A DNA stretch of 64,000 bases from Squalus acanthias (GCA_030390025.1 CM059431.1:117244001-117308000); one strand, 5' to 3'; counted from the stretch's first letter, positions 12,313 to 20,892 are shown. The notes: generated by a model not told the origin, from the sequence alone. Made by a program: numbers and translations.

Positions 12313-12508
12313 GGGCCTTTGGTTCCGCTGCCAGTTACCAACATAGGTCTTCGTTACGCGACACGAGGTAGATCCGAACGGATCAGAAAGTTCAACAGTC
12401 TTTTTCAAAGAGTCAACAGGCAAGCAGGAGCCCGACTACGAGTACACAGGAGCAGCCACGAGGTTACGAAATAAGAGCACAGGATAAGAGAAAGCTGGAC
12501 GGTTTGGA

Positions 12509-12521
12509 GCCTGCAATTATA
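12509..12521 (-). promoter_or_regulatory. Putative LTR TATA box (TATAATTGCAGGC); 5' LTR copy at about 28023-28035
   Basis: gcctgcaattata here versus gccttcaattata at about 42177-42189 in the diverged solo LTR; GC box/E2F-like ttttcccgccc just upstream. Confidence 0.55.
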
Positions 12522-13123
12522 GTGCAAAATCTTCCGTTTTCCCGCCCAACTATAATGTCCATTCTTTTGTTTAGGGTTTGGCGCTCAAAATGTCTTGTAT
12601 GGGTGATCTCCGTTCTTAATGGGTTTCGGGGCTACTCGTAAATGTCTGAGTACCTGTTAATATTTCTCCCATTGTTAAATCGGTCGGTGTTCTCCCTGGA
12701 GGGGTTTGGGGCTTCCAAGTGTCCTGTATAACTACCTGCTAACGGCTCTCTCATCGTAGAGTCGTTGGGATTTTACATATTAATGTCTTTTGGATGGGCC
12801 CTTGATTACTCGGTACAATGGCTTTCCTTTGTACCTGGGAGACCGATTTCAGTATCTATGTGTATACTGCAAACCCATAATGTCTCGTGTATTATCTTCA
12901 CTGTGCTGAATCTTAATCGATCTTGCACAAATGTTTATTGGAACGCCATCTTGTCTGCCTGTTGAAAAGTCTAGAATGTTCTGTCACGAGGTGCGGCGGC
13001 CATTTTACAGGCTGCTTGTGTCCACTTTAAACCTGCCAGCATTCTACTGAAATAAAAGCTGTTTGAACGAAACTCTGTGTTTTCTCCTTATTAATAAAAT
13101 CGCGATATATTGCGAATTCTACA

Positions 13124-13135
13124 GTCCCTCCTGTT
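13124..13135 (-). promoter_or_regulatory. Polypurine tract-like sequence (AACAGGAGGGAC) abutting the 3' LTR
   Basis: Purine-rich run immediately 5' of TGTAGAATT on the minus strand. Confidence 0.6.
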
Positions 13136-13574
13136 GATGCGAATAACTCCGCTTATCGTATCAAAAATCATAGTGGTGAGCAATATTATCTTGATTTCTC
13201 TCCGAATCCAGTAAATTAATCCCATAATTTTAACTTAGCTAGGGTCTCTGTGTCGTCCTCATTTCCCAAGAAAATTACATTTTATATCACCGTAGGCATT
13301 ATTTGCCCTTAAACTTACACCACTTGTTTTCCTTCCCGGCGTAACCAGGCCGATGCCTCTCGTATCACCTGTATATTCATCTTTTATTCAGGGAAAGGAG
13401 AAACAGAACCCAAAACCAAACAATCATTTTTAACTGTAACACCATCACCAAAATAAATCAACACCAACTCTTAAAACATGTCGAGTTCCCAACGTATTTA
13501 CAATCTCTGAAAATCTTATATGAGTACAGGCTTCCGCGGCGCACGCGGCGAGCGGGAGTGACGCCATTTTCCGA

Positions 13575-15926
13575 TTACACGGTGCTCTCATCGTGCACGC
13601 GCACGTAACGTTCTCGCCACTCTCCCGTGTTTTCATGCTTGGTGAGGCGTTTGTCTCTTTTACAATGTACAACCAATAGGTACACTACAATGAAAACTTG
13701 GCATACGACTAAAATGTGGGAGGCTATTCTGATCCATGAAGGTACTTCAATATTGGTGAACAGATTCCACCACGGTGGAACTACTATATCCAGAATGTCT
13801 GTTCCTATTTCGACAGTTTTCTGCTCTAATGTGTAAAAATGTTTCTGTGACACCGCGACGGCTTTCAAAAGCTTGGTGAGGTGTTCAGGGAGAGGGGGAA
13901 TGAGGTATCCAAAATGCGCGACGAATCGCTGCAAGTCGGTGAAATTCTCTTTTACTGTGAGATGAACAGTGGATGGTTCAGGGATTGGGATAATTCGCTG
14001 TTGTGCTACTTGAACTTCCGCCCTGGGTTTAAAACAGAAACTGCTGTCACTCACCGGACACCGGCTACGGTTTCCATGCTGGTAGTGTTGCGCTGCAGTG
14101 GTAACACAATATGTTCCACCCCCGATGTATGCTACCTGCGGAGGCACATGATCTTGTGCCATTGCCTCCATGGTGCAATTCATGGACTTGGCGCCAGCCG
14201 TTCTGAACCCGCACTGTGGTGTTAAAAAGGCATTCAAGTGCTGGGGGCACAGTATTATGTGTGCTCCCCTGCCACGACAACCAGAGAGATCTGTACCTGT
14301 CATCGTTTGCTCCCAGCGGATGACGTAAGGTGGAACCGCTGCATAACGAATGTGGGCTCCCCCCTGAATGACACCGATGTTCTCTACCCGATATACCGGG
14401 GCGGGCTTTGCTGTGTCGCCCAAAACCGGCATACGTAAAACTATACCCATGATGGTATGGTTTGATCGTCCGCAGTCCACGGGGACTGGGTAAGCTTCTG
14501 AAGCTAGCCTGAGCTGGCATGGACTTAATGCGTTCTGAAAAGGGTGGAGCGCCCGCAGGTGTTTGTTACTTATCCAGGACGGAACCAAACCTTGTTTTAA
14601 ATCCTCCAAATTACTGCGGCCCTCGCCCAGTAACCACGCCCCGTAAAGCACGCACACCTCGTTCTGCGCAGCTTGATCGGATGCATTCCGATCTTCCCTA
14701 ATCAGGGCATTTACCGTCTTTGCATGTTTCTCCAACTCTGCTACAATTTCCTTTAAATGGAGAGTCATGGCTTGGTCCTCGTGTAGACCCGACCCTACCA
14801 CTTTATTCTCATCTGTTAGAATGTCCTTTAATTGTGTCTTTAAACCATTAATCTGGGTCTGCAGCTCCACACTGTCTAGAGCGTTGACCACAGATGTACC
14901 TGTGTTAAAAGCAGTGAACGCATCGTTCACCAAACCCCTTCTTTGCCTCCCTACTTGATCCAAAACTTCCTGTGGTGCGGTGTACAAACTTGTTTTATCA
15001 ATTTCCGCGAAATCGAATTCGTAAAATTGTCTGAACATCTTGGTCAACAGGACCTGGTACAACTGTTCCGTCTTTTTGGGGCACCACTCTGGTAACCGCA
15101 CCTCAGTGAGATTTAAAATCACCGAGGCCACCGCGTAATGTACCCCCTGAAATAGTATCTGGTCTGTGGGGACCAGTACCAAACCATTCCCGGGTCCCTT
15201 ACTAGTTTTAGGGCACCCTTCTTCCTCAGCTAGAACCACCGGAATCGTGGGCGGGGCTTTGCGTGGGCGCGTAATGAGCTCAGTGGCATTTACTGGGATC
15301 GGGGAGAATGGGGCTCCGCACCCCCTGGTGCTCGCATCCCACCTCATCCCCTGTCCGTTATCCTGCCATTGATTAATAAAAAATATGGAGATGCCTTTGG
15401 GGCAAACGTACTTTGACCCCCACATACATACATAAATTCCCTCATCCGGTTCCCACCATTTGTCCCAACAGACTTTCACTTGTCCGTCTGTCCCCGTAAT
15501 TGTCCGATGGGTATTATTACCCAGTCGTTCCCACTCGACCGAAGAGTTCCTCATAGTTTTGCTCAGCTTTCGCAGCCACCACCATCGGCTCAATGGGACC
15601 TTCCCACTACAAGTCAAACAAATCCGTTTGCCGACGGTGACGCTGATCCTGGGTGCGATGATCCTTACTTTGGGGCACAGTAAAGAAGTCTCTTTGTAGG
15701 CAAACCCCGATGTGCTGGAATACTCCGTTGAGTTCGTTCCCAGCCATCCTGGCCACCTTCCCTTGTGAAAATAGGTGCTGGTCTCCTCTGCCTCCCGTCT
15801 TCCGGTCCCATCCACCGCGATGGGGGCCGTGTCCCCGGAACATCCAAACACCACGACATCCTTGGTGCGGCCTCGATAGGCCAATCCACATCCGATTGCC
15901 ACGAGCAATACTAGAATTCGTTCCAT
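13575..15926 (-). CDS. env: Envelope glycoprotein, copy 1 (783 aa from the likely ATG; open frame extends to 16109): signal peptide, Ig-like domain, furin site, class I F-like fusogen, TM
   Basis: Signal-like MERILVLLVAIGCGLA in strong Kozak context (AAGATGG); LTC...W...DEGIYVC; RQRR|GLVNDAFTAFNTG; heptad repeat; Cys-rich region; TM IASHILVVCQVFIVVYLLVVHC; several N-x-S/T sequons. Confidence 0.88.
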   Translation of the reverse strand: MERILVLLVAIGCGLAYRGRTKDVVVFGCSGDTAPIAVDGTGRREAEETSTYFHKGRWPGWLGTNSTEYSSTSGFAYKETSLLCPKVRIIAPRISVTVGKRICLTCSGKVPLSRWWWLRKLSKTMRNSSVEWERLGNNTHRTITGTDGQVKVCWDKWWEPDEGIYVCMWGSKYVCPKGISIFFINQWQDNGQGMRWDASTRGCGAPFSPIPVNATELITRPRKAPPTIPVVLAEEEGCPKTSKGPGNGLVLVPTDQILFQGVHYAVASVILNLTEVRLPEWCPKKTEQLYQVLLTKMFRQFYEFDFAEIDKTSLYTAPQEVLDQVGRQRRGLVNDAFTAFNTGTSVVNALDSVELQTQINGLKTQLKDILTDENKVVGSGLHEDQAMTLHLKEIVAELEKHAKTVNALIREDRNASDQAAQNEVCVLYGAWLLGEGRSNLEDLKQGLVPSWISNKHLRALHPFQNALSPCQLRLASEAYPVPVDCGRSNHTIMGIVLRMPVLGDTAKPAPVYRVENIGVIQGGAHIRYAAVPPYVIRWEQTMTGTDLSGCRGRGAHIILCPQHLNAFLTPQCGFRTAGAKSMNCTMEAMAQDHVPPQVAYIGGGTYCVTTAAQHYQHGNRSRCPVSDSSFCFKPRAEVQVAQQRIIPIPEPSTVHLTVKENFTDLQRFVAHFGYLIPPLPEHLTKLLKAVAVSQKHFYTLEQKTVEIGTDILDIVVPPWWNLFTNIEVPSWIRIASHILVVCQVFIVVYLLVVHCKRDKRLTKHENTGEWRERYVRVHDESTV

Positions 15927-15938
15927 CTTTCCTTGGTT

Positions 15939-15960
15939 CCTGTGATCAGATAGAATGAGG
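15939..15960 (-). promoter_or_regulatory. Candidate env splice acceptor
   Basis: Minus strand CTCATTCTATCTGATCACAG|GAACCAAGGAAAG-ATG; the acceptor lies 13 nt before the env ATG. Confidence 0.5.
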
Positions 15961-16212
15961 TAGCCAGCCTCGCAAGAGTCTCTGGCTTTTGTGAAGGGTG
16001 AGCGGGTCCCCTGACCTCGCCTCACGTAAACTTCAACGTTCGCTGAATAAACTTTCACTAAACCTATCTTTAAAACTCCCATCATTTTATCGTTTTCTGT
16101 TAAAAACACTACAAACTTAACCTTATTAAAGCTATAAACTTAACCTTGAAATATTAACTTAAAACTTATTACTACTTACTATACAGTGCCGCCCGTTCTC
16201 AGGGCGGCCCCT

Positions 16213-17373
16213 TTAAATTCTGAGAAGGCTGCTGCGAGCTCTTCCCGACGGTGGGAGGGCACTGACCCTTCCCTCTGATCTGCCGCAGCCTGTTACTGCG
16301 CTGACCCTTCCCTCTGATCTGCCGCAGCCTGTTACTGCTGCGATGTGGCCGGTCTGTACCTGGGTTATCTTAACCTTAAATTTTCGCCTTGGGACAGTCT
16401 GGGGACATGACCACATCCTCCTGGGCTGGGGTTCTCTACTTGACCTACGGGGAGTTGCTGTGGGCGGGGGTTCCGTGACGGACGGACCGGGTTCCGAGAC
16501 CTCCATCGGGATGACCTGGGGTTCCATCACAGTCGCCGGCTCCGCCTCCGCTGACTCCGCCTCCCTAACCTCGGGGCTGGCAGTTCGTGGCTCCGCCCTG
16601 CTCGGCCCAGCAGGCGGCCCTTCACTCGTGATCTCTGCCTCCCCTGAGGACTGGACGTTCAAAGCGGGCGGCCACATCTCTGGGAGCCACACCGGTACTC
16701 TCTGTGCTCCCATAGCGGCTGGCCCTGCCTCCTCTAGCTCCTCCCTCCTGTCTTCGGGACCTGCAGCTCGTGTGTCCACCCTGTGTGGATCTCTACCTGC
16801 AGCCCCCGTCCCCTCCATATCGTAAAAGGGACCGTTCCTCCGAAACCACCCGTCGTCATCACTATCCTCATCTGCACTATCCTCATCTGACCCGGGTACC
16901 CTGAATTCTTCCTCATCTAACCCCCAATTCCAGAAAAACGCTGCATGATCGTCCGGGATGTCCCTTCCTCTGATGCAAGCTGCTATGCCTGCCTGTGTGC
17001 CTTGTGGTCCTACCTGGGGCTGTGCTTTCCCACTGGCGGGATTTACCCCTGTGATTTTCCCTTGCGCACCTGGCTTGTACAGTTTGCACTGGTTTGCATC
17101 CTCATACTCCCGGCTTTTGGCTACCCTGTAGGCTGCTTTTATCTCACTAAGCTGCGCTTCTAGCCTGAGCACGTCTAACTTTCCCATTGCTCGGGCGTTC
17201 TCCTCCCGCAGGGCCTGCTCTCTAAGCTGCCCTTCCAGCCCATCTATTTTCCCTATTAAGCGGGCGTTCTCCTCCCGCAAGGCCTGCTCTTTTAACCTGG
17301 CCTCCTCACCGCAGACCCCCTCCTGTGCGTGTCTTTTAAAAGGACACAGGTAGGCAGGCTGCGTGGGCTCTAG
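16213..17373 (-). CDS. ORF2, copy 1: 386 codons in frame with gag after a single TGA; coiled-coil N-part, acidic tract, Pro/Glu-rich C-part; function unknown
   Basis: Manual translation 3' of the gag TGA gives LEPTQPAYLCPFKRHAQEGVCGEEARLKEQA, continuing without a stop into the 355-aa ORF of the track (which starts at TTG). Confidence 0.75.
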   Translation of the reverse strand, partial: LEPTQPAYLCPFKRHAQEGVCGEEARLKEQALREENARLIGKIDGLEGQLREQALREENARAMGKLDVLRLEAQLSEIKAAYRVAKSREYEDANQCKLYKPGAQGKITGVNPASGKAQPQVGPQGTQAGIAACIRGRDIPDDHAAFFWNWGLDEEEFRVPGSDEDSADEDSDDDGWFRRNGPFYDMEGTGAAGRDPHRVDTRAAGPEDRREELEEAGPAAMGAQRVPVWLPEMWPPALNVQSSGEAEITSEGPPAGPSRAEPRTASPEVREAESAEAEPATVMEPQVIPMEVSEPGPSVTEPPPTATPRRSSREPQPRRMWSCPQTVPRRKFKVKITQVQTGHIAAVTGCGRSEGRVSAVTGCGRSEGRVSALPPSGRARSSLLRI

Positions 17374-19185
17374 TCATTGGGTACTATTAGACGGTCCTGC
17401 GGCACCTACGGGGCCGGTTGCGACCGCCACCTGTCCACGCGCATTCAAGACCAGCTTGCGCATGGCTCCTAACACTGCTTCGAGGTCGTCGGGAGGGGTG
17501 GGTGCCTTGGCTTCCTTAGCCGGGACAGGCGCCTGGGCTCGGACCGCGGGATTTTTATCCTTGGAATCCTTCCAAGGGTTCCTGCAATGCTTGCGCCAGT
17601 GCCCTGTCTTCCCACACCCGTAACAAGCATTACTTGCCTGTGGGGCGCGATTACCCTCTTGATGCCACTCTCTTTGATACGGGGCTGCGGGTCGTACCTC
17701 ATGTACTCTTCCCTTAAGGGGACGTGTTGCCATACCCCTTATATTGCGATAACCTAACGTGAGTCGATTCAAGATCGACTCTTCCGTAATGTTGGGGTCA
17801 TTGGGATCAAACCATGCTTTTGCCTGCTCTCTGACGGCTGGTAAACTGTTGGCTATTATGCACCTAAGCCAATGAGTTAAAGCTAAACCTTCCACATCTT
17901 CGCGCTCGGGCGCACCTAGACAGCTGCGCTCATATACTGGCCACAGCCTGTCGGCAAAAACCTTCGGGGGTTCTCCCTCCATCTGCACTGTCTGTCCCAC
18001 TCTAGCAAACGGACCTTCGTCGTTCGCCCCCAACACTTCCAGGACCTCATTCTTTAATTCCTCATAACTCTTGGTTCCCCTCTTGCTCTCGCCTGAGAGA
18101 CACTGAAGGACCGAGCTGTCTAATGAGAACAGCAGCATTTTTGCTGTCTCCCCATCATCGCAGCCGTTAATGGCTGCGGCTTGCTCAACTTCTCTGAAAT
18201 GTACGGAAGGGTCGTCTGCCTCGGTCAGCTTCCGTACGTGATTTATCATAGCTCTCAGCTGATGTGAACTGTGAGGCAACACCAGCTGTCCGAGGAGATC
18301 CCCCGGTTCTTCCCCACCGTTTCTGCTTGGGCCCCTTTTAATACCCGTTACTGGATATAACGATCCCTTTCCTACTTCTTTTTCAATGGGCTCTTTTGTT
18401 TCTTCCATTGCTTCCTCCCTAACCCAGGTTTCTGAATAGCTGGGTGGCACGGAGGGCGCAGTGACTACTACTCCTTCTGCTTTACTTGGTGGGGATTTTC
18501 TAAATCTCTCATTTACTAGCGGCTGGTGTGCCGACGGATTGATAAGGCACACCATGCCGTTCGCATTGTTCATGGCCTTTTTGAGGTGCTCTATCTCCCT
18601 TTGGCAGGCGCTATGATCGGCTCCCTGAAACTTATCCTCAAGGGCCAACTTATATGCCGCCCTAACCCCCGTCAAGCTCTCTTCTTGAGTTCTTATCTGG
18701 GCAGCTTGGCGGTTACATCTTTCCTTTAACCTGCTCTCATTCAATTTTGCCTCAGTGACCTGGCACTCGAGATAATCTATCCTTGTTTTAAGGTGACTGG
18801 AGACTTCCTGGCTTTCTTGGTGTAACTCATTTAAATTCTTAATGAGCACCTCCCCTCCAGAAACCTTCTCCTCCATTTCTCCCTCTAAATGACTGATTCG
18901 AGCTACTAGCGCTGTAATGGTCTGGTTGGAAATCTGAACCTGCCTTTTGTAACACATAAGCCAGACTGCTTTCTCAAGTGTCTTTTTATGTTCTTTACTA
19001 TCTGTCCACCTTTCAGCTGCCTCTAGCGGGCTTTTATCCGCTAACAATTCACTTATCCATTTCTTAGTTAGATTAACCTTTCCAAACACATAATCCGCTA
19101 TCTTTTCCTGCATAACATTTCGTACAGTCATTCCAAAATCTAACACACTACCCTCTCGCTGCCAGTGTCCTGCCGCGGTCGCCAT
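17374..19185 (-). CDS. gag: Gag polyprotein, copy 1 (603 aa)
   Basis: Coiled-coil N-part, PPSY late-domain motif, capsid-like region with MHR-like QMEGEPPKVFADRL, CCHC knuckle CYGCGKTGHWRKHC. Confidence 0.92.
   Translation of the reverse strand: MATAAGHWQREGSVLDFGMTVRNVMQEKIADYVFGKVNLTKKWISELLADKSPLEAAERWTDSKEHKKTLEKAVWLMCYKRQVQISNQTITALVARISHLEGEMEEKVSGGEVLIKNLNELHQESQEVSSHLKTRIDYLECQVTEAKLNESRLKERCNRQAAQIRTQEESLTGVRAAYKLALEDKFQGADHSACQREIEHLKKAMNNANGMVCLINPSAHQPLVNERFRKSPPSKAEGVVVTAPSVPPSYSETWVREEAMEETKEPIEKEVGKGSLYPVTGIKRGPSRNGGEEPGDLLGQLVLPHSSHQLRAMINHVRKLTEADDPSVHFREVEQAAAINGCDDGETAKMLLFSLDSSVLQCLSGESKRGTKSYEELKNEVLEVLGANDEGPFARVGQTVQMEGEPPKVFADRLWPVYERSCLGAPEREDVEGLALTHWLRCIIANSLPAVREQAKAWFDPNDPNITEESILNRLTLGYRNIRGMATRPLKGRVHEVRPAAPYQREWHQEGNRAPQASNACYGCGKTGHWRKHCRNPWKDSKDKNPAVRAQAPVPAKEAKAPTPPDDLEAVLGAMRKLVLNARGQVAVATGPVGAAGPSNSTQ
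19167..19184 (-). promoter_or_regulatory. Primer binding site, tRNA-Arg(TCG)-type
   Basis: TGGCGACCGCGGCAGGAC, 5 nt from the LTR end; complementary to the vertebrate tRNA-Arg(TCG) 3' end GTCCTGCCGCGGTCG-CCA as I recall it. Confidence 0.85.
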
Positions 19186-19189
19186 TTTC

Positions 19190-20880
19190 TGTAAGGGATT
19201 CTGACCCTGCGTGTCTCGCAGCCTGTGAGATTCACGCGGCTCTGTGCAGCCTGTATGTCAGTGCGGGTCTAGGCCTTGTTGCCTGTTCTGGTCTCCAGCC
19301 AGTCTGGGAACACTAGACACACCTGTGAGTGGTTCGAATCACTCTCCCTTACGGTTCTAGACACTGGACTTAGATGCGAGAGCAGTAATGGAGATGAAAC
19401 TCATGTAGACTTGGTTTGAATGGTACGAAATGGAAAATCTTTATTGCATGATACTTAAGATTATGAAATACATGTCATAAGCACAGATTAATGACAGTAC
19501 AATCTTACAAACAGTTATATAGTCGATCTTAGGGAAACGAGGAACGAACGGCACAAAGTAAATAGGGGCACACATTACAAATATCCTTAATCCTTAAACC
19601 TCCCCTATCAATATCTATCCTAAAACTAGATTCGTAGGATTTCGAGACTCATGCTCACCACTCGTGATAACTCGGAGAAATTCCGAATAGCTGATCGGAT
19701 GTTTTTCACCGCAGCACCCACGTGTCGGTCAGGAGATCTCCTGGTCCCACTTGTTTACTTGCTTTTACTGCTCCGGCTAGCAGGCTGGAACGTCTGCTGT
19801 GATGAAGACCTGTGTTGGTTGGTTTAACAGGTACTCTTCGAGCACAGTTGTCGATATCGTCGATACGATATGGCTTTCACATTCCAGTTACTTTGGGCAC
19901 AGTCCAGTTATCATCGATGCAATATGTTTCGTTATAAGTTCGAAGAAGTCTTCCCAGCGAGGAAAACGTGGATAATCGACCTACAGGCGCGGTCGGGATT
20001 TACTGACCGTGGCGATGGATATGGTCTTCCTCTCTTCTCATCTCATCTCATCTCATCTCATCTCATCTCGGGCCTTTGGTTCCGCTGCCAGTTACCAACA
20101 TAGGTCTTCGTTACGCGACACGAGGTAGATCCGAACGGATCAGAAAGTTCAACAGTCTTTTTCAAAGAGTCAACAGGCAAGCAGGAGCCCGACTACGAGT
20201 ACACAGGAGCAGCCACGAGGTTACGAAATAAGAGCACAGGATAAGAGAAAGCTGGACGGTTTGGAGCCTGCAATTATAGTGCAAAATCTTCCGTTTTCCC
20301 GCCCAACTATAATGTCCATTCTTTTGTTTAGGGTTTGGCGCTCAAAATGTCTTGTATGGGTGATCTCCGTTCTTAATGGGTTTCGGGGCTACTCGTAAAT
20401 GTCTGAGTACCTGTTAATATTTCTCCCATTGTTAAATCGGTCGGTGTTCTCCCTGGAGGGGTTTGGGGCTTCCAAGTGTCCTGTATAACTACCTGCTAAC
20501 GGCTCTCTCATCGTAGAGTCGTTGGGATTTTACATATTAATGTCTTTTGGATGGGCCCTTGATTACTCGGTACAATGGCTTTCCTTTGTACCTGGGAGAC
20601 CGATTTCAGTATCTATGTGTATACTGCAAACCCATAATGTCTCGTGTATTATCTTCACTGTGCTGAATCTTAATCGATCTTGCACAAATGTTTATTGGAA
20701 CGCCATCTTGTCTGCCTGTTGAAAAGTCTAGAATGTTCTGTCACGAGGTGCGGCGGCCATTTTACAGGCTGCTTGTGTCCACTTTAAACCTGCCAGCATT
20801 CTACTGAAATAAAAGCTGTTTGAACGAAACTCTGTGTTTTCTCCTTATTAATAAAATCGCGATATATTGCGAATTCTACA
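19190..20880 (-). repeat. LTR 2 (shared middle LTR), 1691 bp
   Basis: No difference from LTR 1 seen by eye; PBS on one side, PPT on the other. Confidence 0.95.
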
Positions 20881-20892
20881 GTCCCTCCTGTT
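20881..20892 (-). promoter_or_regulatory. Polypurine tract-like sequence, copy 2
   Basis: Same as 13124-13135. Confidence 0.6.

Larger units (their letters stand above)
11433..13123 (-). repeat. LTR 1 (3' LTR of the array), 1691 bp
   Basis: Begins tgtaagggatt and ends gaattctaca (TGTA...TACA inverted termini); boundaries defined by where the three copies diverge. Confidence 0.95.

Noticed and set aside
12113..12346. 77-aa LTR ORF sharing RSGFTDR with ORF 38450-38806
   Set aside because: The shared peptide is explained by the conserved 24-nt hairpin; the rest of the proteins do not align and the ORF is antisense to the element.
15927..16109. 61-codon N-terminal extension of env from a GTG start
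   Set aside because: The signal peptide, strong Kozak context and splice acceptor all point to the ATG at 15926; a foamy-like long leader cannot be fully excluded.
16343..16825. 160-aa antisense ORF (HBZ-like candidate)
   Set aside because: It is the low-complexity mirror of GC-rich ORF2 codons, with no recognisable motif or independent support.
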